From: Eledone cirrhosa
Lineage: Eukaryota
Assembly (NCBI GenBank): GCA_964016885.1
Contig: OZ024765.1
Coordinates: forward strand, 3,534,001-3,598,000
Direction: 5' to 3'
Length of the DNA stretch: 64,000 nucleotides
The position numbers were made by a program, and so were the translations under genes. The notes beneath the pieces are model-generated. The model was not told where the DNA came from. It made no database searches and worked only from the letters and a program-made list of their open reading frames with translations. How positions within the stretch are numbered: the first letter of the stretch is position 1; each line of letters begins with the position of its first letter. Positions 25,637-38,785 of this stretch are shown here, piece by piece.

Positions 25637-26125
25637 TTCGAAAGAGAGGCGGTTTTCCTCTGTACGGTGGCTATGGTCAAAGAAGTTATACGGTGGACGA
25701 GGTTGAGCGGACTGAGGACAGACGCCTTTCTCTCCCGACAACAACTCATTCCCTTCTTTAGGTATCACTTTAGAAGGAGAATCAGAGTGGAGAGAGAGAG
25801 GCACTGCACCCCAGTAAATTTACTGAAAGGTGGGTGAATGTGACGAAAATGGCCCGAGTGATTGGGCCTTCTCTGTTTATAAGCCTGTCGGGTGAAGAAG
25901 AGAGCAAAAGGAAGAAAGGAGCACTTGCACAACACGCTCCTGGAGTTGAGGGTTGTTCTATCGACGGGGTATTAAACAACCCATTTGTGGCACCTCCCCC
26001 TTATTGGGGATTTCGATTGTTGTAATTGTTTGATTTTATATTTTTTACACGTTTGTATGTAATATCCCCGGCATGTCTTTGTATTTTTCCCTTTTCTTGT
26101 GCGCCCTTGTGGCTAATAAAGAAAT
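25637..26125 (+). mobile_element. Second, diverged Tx1/L1-like 3' end
   Basis: EREAVFLCTVAMVKEVIRWTRLSGLRTDAFLSRQQLIPFFRYHF is clearly paralogous to the upstream copy; AATAAA near 26115. Confidence 0.65.
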
Positions 26126-26231
26126 ATATCTATTTGTGGGCCTGTCTGTCTCTCTGTGCCTGGATATATATATATATATATATATAGTGATGAAACATAA
26201 GCCAATTGCATGAACTCATAATCCTTTATTT

Positions 26232-26287
26232 ACTGCTATATATATTTCGATGATAGCCATTGAATGGCTATGACCTCATCAGGCAGT
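26232..26287 (-). ncRNA. Type I HHR, family C variant
   Basis: rc ACTGC-CTGATGA-GGTCATAGCCA(TTCAA)TGGCTATCATC-GAAATATATATA^GCAGT. Confidence 0.85.
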
Positions 26288-26591
26288 TAGTCAGTTCTTA
26301 GATATGCCAGCTCTGTGTTTACAGTGTTGATGGTATCAGAGCCTTGGGACATATGAGCTTGTTAGGAATAATTTAATGTTGTCAGCAGGAATAGTCTTGA
26401 TTCTCATTGGTCAGTTTGTACATGCTAGTAGGGTTGGTATTTGACCTCAAAGAGGCAGGTGGTGTTGTAAAGTTCAAACCGTCAGGCAAGATGACAATAT
26501 TTCCATATGACTGATTTTCACAAAAAGCATTCCTGGTCAGATATATATTCAATTAAGGTTAATAGTATGAAATAGATACTACAGGTCATTC

Positions 26592-27075
26592 TTAAATATA
26601 TATATATATAATATAAGTATGTACACGTACATACATATATATATACAGACGTATGTATATATATATATACATACATGCACACATATATATATATGTACGT
26701 ATGGATTCACCGAACATTTATTATAATGCTCGGTGTGTTTGTAAACGTATACCTTCCTGCCAGATTGTTGAACGTATGTATATACGTTCAACAATCTGGC
26801 AGAAAGGTATACGTTGTTGACGATAGCTAATAAGCTTGAAACTAGTACAGCGTTCCTTTGTCAGTGTTGAACAAGCGAGCAACGATGGTTGCTGGACACT
26901 ACGGATTAATACGGGATGTTTGTTTACAAACACACCGAGCATTATAATAAATGTTCGGTGAATCCATACGTACATATATATATATGTGTGCATGTATGTA
27001 TATATATATATATATACTACTGTACGTCTGTATACATATATGTATGTACGTATACATACTTATATATATATATAT
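26592..27075. mobile_element. Palindromic family E element; left arm internally deleted, HHR 26811-26853 has mutated core TTGACGA
   Basis: Inverted arms centred near 26779. Confidence 0.75.
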
Positions 27076-27395
27076 ATTGTCTATCTATCTATCTGTCTGT
27101 ATCTGAGCTACCCCCATTGCGGCCCACTGAGCCATATCTGGTGGCACACCAAAGTGCCGCGAGCCCTTCGTTAATACATCATTCAGCAGGTGAACGTCTG
27201 ACACAGATAATGTAAACCGGAAGACACTTGATGCTGGTGTCAACATCCGTTTCCGGATATGAGCAGGATTTGCATCATGGCTGCTTTCATTGTCCTTAGA
27301 ATGTCATCATTGGAACAATAGATCTAATTGTCACCCTAGAAAAACGGAGACGGTCAACCATCCTTTATTTCATAACACACTGTGTGTGTGTGTGT

Positions 27396-27770
27396 ACTAG
27401 CCGAATTACCCGCGCCTTGCTGCGTTTCACACATTCTGTGTAAGAAAATGATGATTGATTTTAAATCAGTGATATAATTTATGAAGAAAAACTCCATTAG
27501 GGTGTCTTAATATTATTGAAATTTGCTTAAATTTTGTGAATAGGCATCATATCTTGTCATTTACCTATGGTTTAAATTTCATATAAATCGAAGGGAACAC
27601 ATTTTCAGCGGGGGTTTGTGCCCTGGGGGAACCCTTTGATTAAAATGAAATATACTTATCCAAGGACCCTGGACAATGTAGTTTCAGAATATATATGGTT
27701 ATAGGGGTCTATCTCCAAAACCATAGGAGGAGTTTTTGAACAAACAAACAAACAGGAACTACAACTTTAT
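27396..27770 (-). mobile_element. Non-autonomous Helitron-like element (left arm of large palindrome)
   Basis: One end is a GC-rich near-hairpin followed by CTAG-T; the other carries (CAAA)n. Architecture recalls Lep1/DINE-like rolling-circle elements. Confidence 0.55.
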
Positions 27771-27792
27771 ATATATATATATATATATATAT

Positions 27793-28312
27793 GTAGGAGG
27801 TGAGTTTTATTGTAGCACAATAAAGCAATGCAAATATCGGATAAGTAGCACTCTACAGTTTGTAGGACTGGAGTATAAATAATATATAAGATGAAAAGAT
27901 GGTTAAAAGAGTTCCAAGTATTTTATTATGCGCATTTCAAAAACAAATATCATCATGGGGTGATATCTGCGTTCTCATCAGATAAAATAGGGAGACATGA
28001 TATGAAGTTTAAAAAACACTTGTGAGCAGTGAAGTTTTAAATCAACATATCAACATATGTTGATTTAACACTTCACTGCTTACCAGTGTTTTTTAAACTT
28101 CATATCATGTCTCCCTATTTTATCTGATGAGAACGCAGATATCACCCCATGATGATATTTGTTTTTGAAATGCGCATAATAAAATACTTGGAACTCTTTT
28201 AACCATCTTTTGATCTTATATATTATTTATACTCCAGTCCTACAAACTGTAGAGTGCTACTTATCCGATATTTGCATTGCTTTATTGTACTACAATAAAA
28301 CTCACCTCCTAC
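27793..28312. mobile_element. Full palindromic family A element; HHRs at 27919-27989 (-) and 28116-28186 (+)
   Basis: About 250-bp inverted arms, centre near 28050. Confidence 0.82.
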
Positions 28313-28324
28313 ATATATATATAT

Positions 28325-28702
28325 ATATAAAGTTGTAGTTCCTGTTTGTTTGTTTGTTCAAAAACTCCTCCTATGGTTTTGGAGATAGACCCCTATAACC
28401 ATATATATTCTGAAACTACATTGTCCAGGGTACTTGGATAAGTATATTTCATTTTAATCAAAGGGTTCCCCCAGGGCACAAACCCCCGCTGAAAATGTGT
28501 TCCCTTCGATTTATATGAAATTTAAACCATAGGTAAATGACAAGATATGATGCCTATTCACAAAATTTAAGCAAATTTCAATAATATTAAGACACCCTAA
28601 TGGAGTTTTACTCCATGAATTATATCACTGATTTAAAATCAATCATCATTTTCTTACACAGAATGTGTGAAACGCAGCAAGGCGCGGGTAATTCGGCTAG
28701 TA
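28325..28702 (+). mobile_element. Non-autonomous Helitron-like element (right arm)
   Basis: Ends ACGCAGCAAGGCGCGGGTAATTCGGCTAGT; inverted copy of 27396-27770. Confidence 0.55.
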
Positions 28703-28735
28703 TACACACACACACACACACACACACATGTATAT

Positions 28736-28786
<51 letters not shown>

Positions 28787-28890
28787 TCGGGGAACATTCC
28801 CAGTCAGGCTTCCTGTTGTTTTAATCAAACCTATATATATATATGAAGCGGTATATTGGTATCCGGCCTACTTATATTTACATTGAAGTG

Positions 28891-29014
<124 letters not shown>

Positions 29015-29019
29015 CACAC

Positions 29020-29220
<201 letters not shown>

Positions 29221-29378
29221 AATATAACAGGAGGCTGGACTTGTGTAAATCCTTGAAAAGTTTATTATACTCTGACCATTTCAATGACTGGAAGATGCTA
29301 GAAGCTGGGTCGTCCTCCGGTCTATGATTTTAAGCCCCATGGATTTTATCTGTTACATGCATTTATTATATTTCGAAT

Positions 29379-29553
29379 TGGCAGTATCGGTAGAGAGTCG
29401 GACGCCATGCTTTGACGCATAGTTACGGCCCTTGCCATTCTGAGTTCAAATCCCGCCGAGGTTAACTTTGCCTTTCATCCTTACGGGGGTCGATAAAATA
29501 AAGTACCAGTAATGCACTGGGTAATTACTGGCCTTGTGCCAAAAGTAGAAACA
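29379..29553 (+). mobile_element. SINE family 1 with 14-bp TSD
   Basis: ATTATATTTCGAAT at 29365-29378 and 29554-29567. Confidence 0.92.
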
Positions 29554-29565
29554 ATTATATTTCGA

Positions 29566-29623
29566 ATACCTGATGATATCACCGGATTCATACGGAACCC
29601 GGTCATTGAAATGATCAAAGTAT
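29566..29623 (+). ncRNA. HHR-like motif, family O (non-canonical triplet)
   Basis: ATAC-CTGATGA-TATCACCGG..CCGGTCATT-GAAA-T(GATC)A-AA^GTAT. Confidence 0.6.
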
Positions 29624-29811
29624 AATAAACCTTTCAAGGATTTACACAAATCCAGCCTCCTGTCATTTCATTATATTTAACTCCGTAATAGCACCACCAA
29701 CTACAAAAACAAAGACGGTTGAACTGCTTTACGTTGAGTACTCTCTATATTATTACATCAAGATTGACCATACGGAATTGACCAGCTCTATCCAGTGGTG
29801 AACCTCAAACC

Positions 29812-29847
<36 letters not shown>

Positions 29848-29935
29848 GAAAAATTGAACAGGGACAGAACAGAGAGGCAGTACGATAAATGTTTATTAAA
29901 TTCACGCTCAGGAGAGTGGGGGGTAGGTGGGGGAC

Positions 29936-29963
29936 GACGTTTCGGGCATAAGCCCTTCTTCAG
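29936..29963 (-). ncRNA. Minimal HHR core, family F
   Basis: rc CTGAAGA-AGGGC(TTAT)GCCC-GAAACGTC; stem I is weak. Confidence 0.6.
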
Positions 29964-30090
29964 GTGAGAAGTGTGTGGGAACAGAGTTCAAAAGGTGTGT
30001 AGGGGAGTGGTGGAGAGACATATAGCGAAAGGAAACAGTGCGAATGAAAAATTAACAAATAAAGACGAAAATATAATAAATAATAAATAA

Positions 30091-30170
<80 letters not shown>

Positions 30171-30301
30171 ATTAAATTTGCTATGGTAAGATCCTATCGT
30201 TATCTTGACACCTTTAATTTTCTAATGCATTGTATGGCTTTTAAAATTATCTACATTTATTTTTCCTAAACAATGCTTCAAGTGAACTACAACACTCTTA
30301 T

Positions 30302-30355
<54 letters not shown>

Positions 30356-30424
30356 GAGTGTTGTAGTTCGTTTGAAGCATTGTTTAGGAAATATAAATAG
30401 GAAAATCTGCTTCGTAGAATCGAG

Positions 30425-30518
30425 ACGTATCTGAGGACCTTGCGATTTTCAGAGTCAGGTTTGATCACCACATCGATCGTGCCTCGAGCTGGTCGCCCGA
30501 GAAACAATTGTAATATGT
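30425..30518 (+). ncRNA. Type I HHR with extended stem II, family G
   Basis: ACGTAT-CTGAGGA-63 nt-GAAA-C(AATT)G-TA^ATATGT. 3' halves also near 32105 and 48604. Confidence 0.7.
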
Positions 30519-30677
30519 CCAATAAATTCCTTTCGTTGCAACACTGATTCTCTTTTTTCTGTGATATCATACTCTCCCCTACGAGGGCATTGAGTGCTCA
30601 TACGGCCTACCGCATACGGACGCTTTAAGCATCCAACACCAATTATATATATATATATATATATATACATATATAAG

Positions 30678-30717
<40 letters not shown>

Positions 30718-30734
30718 CATATATATATATATAC

Positions 30735-30790
<56 letters not shown>

Positions 30791-30806
30791 TGTATATATA
30801 TATATA

Positions 30807-30855
<49 letters not shown>

Positions 30856-30989
30856 GATAAATCTACCAAGAGTTTACGGTAGTGTCCAATCCGTATGAAG
30901 AACTCAATGTAATCCGGATATCATGGAAAGAAGAGATGTAATGAAAAATCACTTTCGGTGAAAGATAAACGGAATACAGAGTCAAGATA

Positions 30990-31394
30990 AAATATTAAAA
31001 AAATAATGAAAAAAACAATGAAACAGTTCCTTATATTAAACAAAAAAAGTTCATTATTTAACGATCGTTTCTAGGATATATATGTGTTAGAATTGGCATG
31101 CATATTCAACAGATCTATGTACAAAATTATACAAAATTATACAAACTATCAAAATTAAATATACATACCAAACACATATATATGCCGTCTTATTTCTGAA
31201 GACGGCATATATATGTGTTTGGTATGTATATTTAATTTTGATAGTTTGTATAATTTTGTATAATTTTGTACATAGATCTGTTGAATATGCATGCCAATTC
31301 TAACACATATATATCCTAGAAACGATCGTTAAATAATGAACTTTTTTTGTTTAATATAAGGAACTGTTTCATTGTTTTTTTCATTATTTTTTTA

Positions 31395-31402
<8 letters not shown>
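30990..31402. mobile_element. Palindrome of about 400 bp with family H HHR at 31190-31336 (+)
   Basis: TTATTT-CTGAAGA-CGGCATATATATGTGTT...AACACATATATATCCTA-GAAA-C(GATC)G-TT^AAATAA. Confidence 0.75.
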
Positions 31403-31426
<24 letters not shown>

Positions 31427-31558
31427 CTGTATATCTGTCTGTATGTGTGTGTGTATGTATGTAAAAGTCAAACAGAGATAACAAAAATTACAAAAAAAAA
31501 AGCGCCAAAATGTATGGAAGAGATATATTAGTTTAACGCTTGAAATAGCAGGAAGAGA

Positions 31559-31596
31559 GTCTTAACGTTTCGGACACTAGTCCTTCATCAGAAGAC
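31559..31596 (-). ncRNA. Minimal type I HHR, family F
   Basis: rc GTCTT-CTGATGA-AGGAC(TAGT)GTCC-GAAACGTT^AAGAC. Confidence 0.8.
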
Positions 31597-31842
31597 AGAA
31601 TTAGAAATAGAAGATAAATAGAAAAGTAAAGAGTGATGAGAGGAAAGAATGGGGAAAATGAGAATATACATATGTATATGTATGTAAGATAATATGGAGT
31701 AGATGAAACAAAATCAAAATAAAGAGACACAGAGAAGCAAAAAATAATCATTGAGAGGGTGTCAACTGCGTGACGAAAGAGGTTTGGCAATTAGATAATC
31801 ATGAGATTACAAAACTAATCCAGTAATGGATTAATTAAACTA

Positions 31843-32010
31843 ATAATTGTTTCTACTTTTGGCACAAGACCAGCAATTACCCAGTACATTACTGGTACTT
31901 TATTTTATCGACCCCGTAAGGATGAAAGGCAAAGTTAACCTCGGCGGGATTTGAACTCAGATCATAAAGGGACGTAACTCTTTGTGTCAAAGCATGCCGT
32001 CCGACCCTCT
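31843..32010 (-). mobile_element. SINE family 1
   Basis: Matches consensus. Confidence 0.88.
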
Positions 32011-32466
32011 ATTGATTAAACTATGATTTCGGAGCAAAAATCATTAGACATGTCCGTCGAACCTGCAGATCAAGAATCAGACAGATCCACACAATGGTCG
32101 TGTCTCGAGCTGTGCGCCGGCGAAACAATTGTAACACACAGTAAATTGAGTTCAGATGCATCACTGATTTTTTGTTTTATATTATATATATATATATATA
32201 CATATTACACACAGACACATATAAACCCCTCCATATATATATATATATATAAATATAAGTATGTATACGTACATACATATATATGTATACAGACGCAAAG
32301 CAGTATGTATATATATATATACATACACGCACACATATATATATGTACGTATGGATTCACCGAACATTTATTATAATGCTCGGTGTGTTTGTAAACAAAC
32401 ATCCCGAATTAAGACGTACAGTGTCTAGCAACCATCGTTGCTCGTTTGTTCAACACTGACAAAGGA

Positions 32467-32509
32467 ACGCTGTACTAGTTTCAAGCCCACTAACTATCGT
32501 CAGCAACAT
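32467..32509 (-). ncRNA. HHR family E, degenerate stem II
   Basis: rc CTGACGATAG...GCTTGAAACTAGTACAGCGT. Confidence 0.65.
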
Positions 32510-32692
32510 ATACCTTCCTGCCAGATAGTTGAACGTCTGAAAGTATATACTTTCCTTATGCATATTAACGGCTGAGCAGCTCAATTTGCATATCGAGTGA
32601 GTTAATCGGCCGGGGTACCGAACACGATAAGCGGAAAAAATGAAACGAAATTTCATTTCTCACTCTTAGTACGGCTGTTACTTAAATATAAG

Positions 32693-32775
<83 letters not shown>

Positions 32776-32784
32776 GTATACATG

Positions 32785-32818
<34 letters not shown>

Positions 32819-32821
<3 letters not shown>

Positions 32822-32869
32822 TTCCTGATGATTTCTAATGAATGAAACAGTTCTAGTCCTGTAGAATCT
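32819..32869 (+). ncRNA. Type I HHR, family B, isolated in (TA)n
   Basis: AGATTC-CTGATGA-TTTC(TAAT)GAAT-GAAA-CAG(TTCTAGTC)CTG-TA^GAATCT. Confidence 0.87.
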
Positions 32870-32881
32870 CTTCTATATTAA

Positions 32882-33259
<378 letters not shown>

Positions 33260-33799
33260 TATATATATATACACTATATACATAGTGTGTCTCTGTCTTA
33301 AAGGTCAGTCAACGTCTATTTTTAGCTAATGTCTCTCATCAAATCCTCTCCAGCATCCTTCTACCCTCCCCCTCTCGCCATCTCAACATCATCATCACCA
33401 TCAACCTCATCTCTAATCTCTTCTTACCCCCCCCCCCACACTTTTATTCTCTCTCTCTCTCGCTCTTTAGAAATATCACCACCACAACCACCGCCGCCAC
33501 CATTACCACAACCACCTTCACTACAGCCACCTCCACCATCACAACCACCCCCACCATCACCATCACCGCCACCACCACCACCAATACCATACTCACCACC
33601 ATCACTACCACAAACACTAACACCGTTACCAACACTACCTCCACCTATACCATCATCACCGCCGCCACCACCACCACCACCACCATCACCACCAACCTTA
33701 CTCTATGATTTTTCTACCATTAATTATGCACAAGTAAACCAATCTTTATATTAACTTCATCTTCTCAGCGATTCGTAAAAGTCCGAGAGATTGGTTACG

Positions 33800-33842
<43 letters not shown>

Positions 33843-33975
33843 GAAAAAAGTTTGTCCTTCATCAGTGATCTTCCAACTATCATAGGCATTTCATCCTATG
33901 ATAGTTGGAAGATCACTGATGAAGGACAAACTTTTTTCATATGTAACCCATTTGCAACTCCGCAGCGCCCTTATT

Positions 33976-34039
<64 letters not shown>

Positions 34040-34210
34040 CTAGTGCGGGTAAAATTCCCGAGATCCATGGACGAGTTCTCTCCAGCGGTCTCTGTCCCTC
34101 ATTATCGCTGCCATGTCATGCGTCTCCAACAGACCAGTGTCTGTCCTTAGGGCATCAACATACGTTAACTTCGGTCTTCCTCTTTCAGTGTGTCCATGCA
34201 GGGGCTCCCA
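34040..34210 (-). mobile_element. RTE-like LINE 3' end
   Basis: rc HGHTERGRPKLTYVDALRTDTGLLETHDMAAIMRDRDRWRELVHGSREFYPH*. Confidence 0.75.
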
Positions 34211-34633
34211 CAGGAGCACTGAGTGCAGTGTCCTGGGTATGACATTAAACTACTACATCCAGTGGCAAGGCTCCAGTTCGGGAGTTCAGGAGCTGTGGGG
34301 AATGTGCAGTTACCCCTTAGTTGTCCTAACTCCCAGGTCTGCTCTGACCCGGAGTAGTAGTACCTGTTAAGGCCCCATTTATGGGTTAAATAACTACCTT
34401 ATTCGAGTGGGGCCGGTAAGATATTGTCAGCCATTGAAAAGAAATATATATATATATGGTTGTGTGAGTGTGTGTATGTGTGTGAGGGAGAGGGAGTGTG
34501 TGTGTGTATCTGTGTGTCAGTGTATATGTGTGCGTGTGTGTGTGTGAGAGAGAGAGAGACTACGTATGTAAATAGTGTGTGTGTATAAGTGTGTGTGTGT
34601 GTGAGACGCACTATGTATGTCAGTGTGTGTACA

Positions 34634-34702
<69 letters not shown>

Positions 34703-34703
34703 A

Positions 34704-34738
<35 letters not shown>

Positions 34739-36456
34739 ATGCGTGTGTATGTATGTATGAGTGTGTGTGTAGAGAGAGGAAATGTGTTAGTGTGTGTGAG
34801 AGATAGAGAGAGAGAATGTGTGTGTGTGAGAGAGAGATAGAGAATCTGTGTGTGTGTGTGAGAGAGAAAGAGAAAATGTGTGTGTATGTGTGTGTGTGAA
34901 TGACAGAGAATGTGTGTGTATGTGTGTGTGAGAGAGACAGAGAGTGTGTGTGTGTGTGAGAGACAGAGAATGTGTTAGTGTGTGTGTGAGAGAGAGAGAG
35001 AGAATGTGTGTGTATGTGTGTGTGACAGAGACAGAGAATGTGTGTGAGAGAGAGAATGTGTGTGTGTGTGTGAGAGACAGAGAGTGTGTGTGTGTGTGTG
35101 TGTGAGAGAGAGACAGAGAATGTGTGTGTGTGTGTGTGTGTGTGTGAGAGACAGAGAATGTGTGTGTGTGTGTGTGAGAGACAGAGAATGTGTGTGTGTG
35201 TGTGTGAGAGAGACAGAGAGAGTGTGTGTGTGTGTGTGTGTGAGAGAGACAGAGAGTGTGTGTGTGTGTGTGTGGTGCCAGATTTCCTGACACAACGGTG
35301 TCACTTCTAACTGCTGTTGTTGTTGTTTTTGTCCTTCCACGGTTCACTGGTCTTCTTACTGGAAACAACCTACCTTACCTCTGATTTACACCTCACCACC
35401 ACCACCACCACCACTACCACTGTCACCACCACCACCACCACCACCACTACCACTGTCACCACCACTATCACTGTCACCACCACCACCACCACCACTACCA
35501 CTACCACTGTCACCACCACCACCACTACTACCACTGTCAGCACCACCACCACCACTACTACCACTGTCACCACCACCACCACCACCACCACTATCACTGT
35601 CACCACCACCACCACCATCACCACTACTACCAGTCACCACCACTACCACCACCACTATCACTGTCACCACCACCACCACCACCACTGCTACCACTGCCAC
35701 CACAACTACCACCACCACTATCACTGTCACCACCATCACCACTACTACCAGTCACCACCACCACTACCACCACCACTATCACTGTCACCACCACCACCAC
35801 CACTACCACCAACACTACCACCACCACTATCACTGTCACCAACAACACTACCACTGTCACCACCACCACCACTACCACCACCACCACTATCACTGTCACC
35901 ACCACCACCACCACCTCTACTACTCCGACACGAGAATTGGATTCGCAATCTTGAGGTTGTGAGTTCGATTCCTGGACCAGGCGATGCGTTATGTCCTTGA
36001 GCAAGACACTTTATTTCACGTTGCTCCTTCTACCTGGAGTTGCGACCGATAGATAGTACTAGCAACTGGAAACACAGACGGAAACATTGTTTCCTCGGTA
36101 CGATTTGAGGAATGTCGATCGACTCCTCAGGGAGATTCAGCCCGTGAAACGCCGTGTGACAGAGGTGGTCGTTTGAGAATTACAGCGGAATAGAGTAAAA
36201 ATAAGGAGAAAAAAAGTGTTTTGTTGAAGGTAACAAGTCACGGGTGGGACTCGAACGTGCGACCCCGCAATCCTGAACTAAGTGTCCCACCCACAGAGCC
36301 ACACTACTTCAAGCCAGAAATGAATAAACCACTGCAATGGCAGAATCTGGAAGAGTGTTCAAATCCCTGTAGCCACTGTATACAATGCATGATATTCGAA
36401 TTTTGTTTATCGTGAACTCGTGCGCCGATTTTTCGATACTCGATCATTCTAATATA

Positions 36457-36494
<38 letters not shown>

Positions 36495-36609
36495 TCCAGT
36501 TCCTTAATGAAATAACAACCCAACCAGGAACTGGGCATAGCATATCAGAGTATTGACAAAGTTATACACCTCAACAACATATGTACTTGTCTATACCACA
36601 CTAATTCGG

Positions 36610-36664
36610 ACTGCCTGAAGAGGTCACAGCCAAAGATGGCTGTCACCGAAATATATATAGCAGC
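36610..36664 (+). ncRNA. Type I HHR, family C (element about 36491-36810)
   Basis: ACTGC-CTGAAGA-GGTCACAGCCAAAGATGGCTGTCACC-GAAATATATATA^GCAGC. Confidence 0.82.
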
Positions 36665-36937
36665 AATAAACGAAGCTAAATTTTAAACATTTGACTTTTT
36701 ATTTAACTTTATTTTACATTACACCGGAGTAACCAGACCAGCCTGCGCACTTCGACGAGTGCTCCAGCCTGCATACTGAGGTATTGGTATACAACCAACA
36801 TATACTAAAATATATATATATATTCAGTAGTTAAGCAAAACAAGACCACAAATTTCACAAGGAAGACATTATTAAAAGATTGTCAACATATTTTAGTTTG
36901 ATGTAAGGAATATAGAGAATAATAATAATAATATTAA

Positions 36938-37055
36938 TAATAATTGTTTCTACTTTAGGCACAAGGCCAGCAAATACCCAGTGCATTACTGGTACTTATT
37001 TTTATCGACCCCCGTAAGGATGAAAGGCAAAGTCAACCTCGGCGGATTTGAACTC
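36938..37055 (-). mobile_element. SINE family 1, truncated
   Basis: Matches consensus. Confidence 0.85.
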
Positions 37056-37233
37056 GTCCGTTTACAATTGTTTCGCTACTCCATATAATATTTCTGGATC
37101 AGATAAGTATATATCATTATTGATCTGGTTCAGTTGAAAATAATTAACATATTTAAAAACAGAGCGGCTCATCGGAACTTCAAAGGAATATAAATTAAAA
37201 TAAGGAGAGACTGTTATATATGTATATATATAC

Positions 37234-37306
<73 letters not shown>

Positions 37307-37311
37307 GTGTG

Positions 37312-37424
<113 letters not shown>

Positions 37425-37499
37425 GAGAGAGAGCAGTACAAATAAAAGTTTATTAGGTTCACGCTCTTGAGAGTGGGTGTGGGGGGTGGGGTGGGGAAC

Positions 37500-37527
37500 G
37501 ACGTTTCGGACATAAGCCCTTCATCAG
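37500..37527 (-). ncRNA. Minimal HHR core, family F
   Basis: rc CTGATGA-AGGGC(TTAT)GTCC-GAAACGTC. Confidence 0.62.
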
Positions 37528-38052
37528 GAGAAAAGTGGGTAGGAGGAGAGTTCCGATGTTTTGTAGGGGAGTGGTGGAGAGACATTTAGAAAAAAAGGGA
37601 GAGGGGGAACGGTGGAAGGGGTACAAATAAAAATAAAAATAAACATAAAGATAAACAAGTGGTGGAAGGGTGTGAGGCGTGTTGGGGTGGTGGCGGATGG
37701 AGTGGGGAAGGGAGGCAGGGGTCCGGGCTGAAGGTGGTGTTTGTGTCGCCTCTATTGCGCTGTAATTTCTCAATGGACCAGCTCTGTCACACGGCGTTTC
37801 ACGCTGAATCTCCCTGAGGAGTCGATCGACACGCACCACACATACACATATATATAGGATCACACACACACACACATATATATATATATGTGTGTGTGTG
37901 TGATCCTATATATATATGTGTGTGCGAGATATATACACATGTATATATATATATATATATATATATTGGTAAACGGAATAGATGTATATATATATATATA
38001 TAGTATATATATGATGTGTGTGTATATATATATATATATATATACTTATATA

Positions 38053-38140
<88 letters not shown>

Positions 38141-38271
38141 TATATATATACACACACATGTATATATACATATATGTGTGTGTGTGTATATATTTATATA
38201 TATATATAAATATACACACACACACACACACATATAATAAGTATATATATATATATATATACACACACATC

Positions 38272-38302
<31 letters not shown>

Positions 38303-38456
38303 CACACACACATGTATATATATATAGGATGACATATATATATACAAAAACTCATATACTGAATACCAGTGTCCCCAATTTGCCATGGAAACCTGACACC
38401 TCCTTTTCTCTCTCTCTCAAGTTTAGTTTAGTGTTGAAGTGGCAGTTATAAGATGG

Positions 38457-38497
<41 letters not shown>

Positions 38498-38507
38498 CAA
38501 TTCATAC

Positions 38508-38553
<46 letters not shown>

Positions 38554-38754
38554 TTGTATATATATATATACGTATATATATATATATATATATATGTGTA
38601 TATATATATATATTATATATATATACACACACGTATATATATATATATATATATACATACATATACACACATTGATTATATATATATATATATATACACA
38701 CACGTATATATATATATATACATACATATACACACATTGATTTATATATATATA

Positions 38755-38785
<31 letters not shown>

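Noticed and set aside
27380-28720. Palindromes as long-read fold-back artefacts
   Set aside because: Arms differ by substitutions and indels, and the pattern is tied to specific element families. Not fully excluded without reads.
36235-36305. tRNA gene on the minus strand
   Set aside because: Has A/B-box-like motifs but no convincing cloverleaf; more likely a SINE head.
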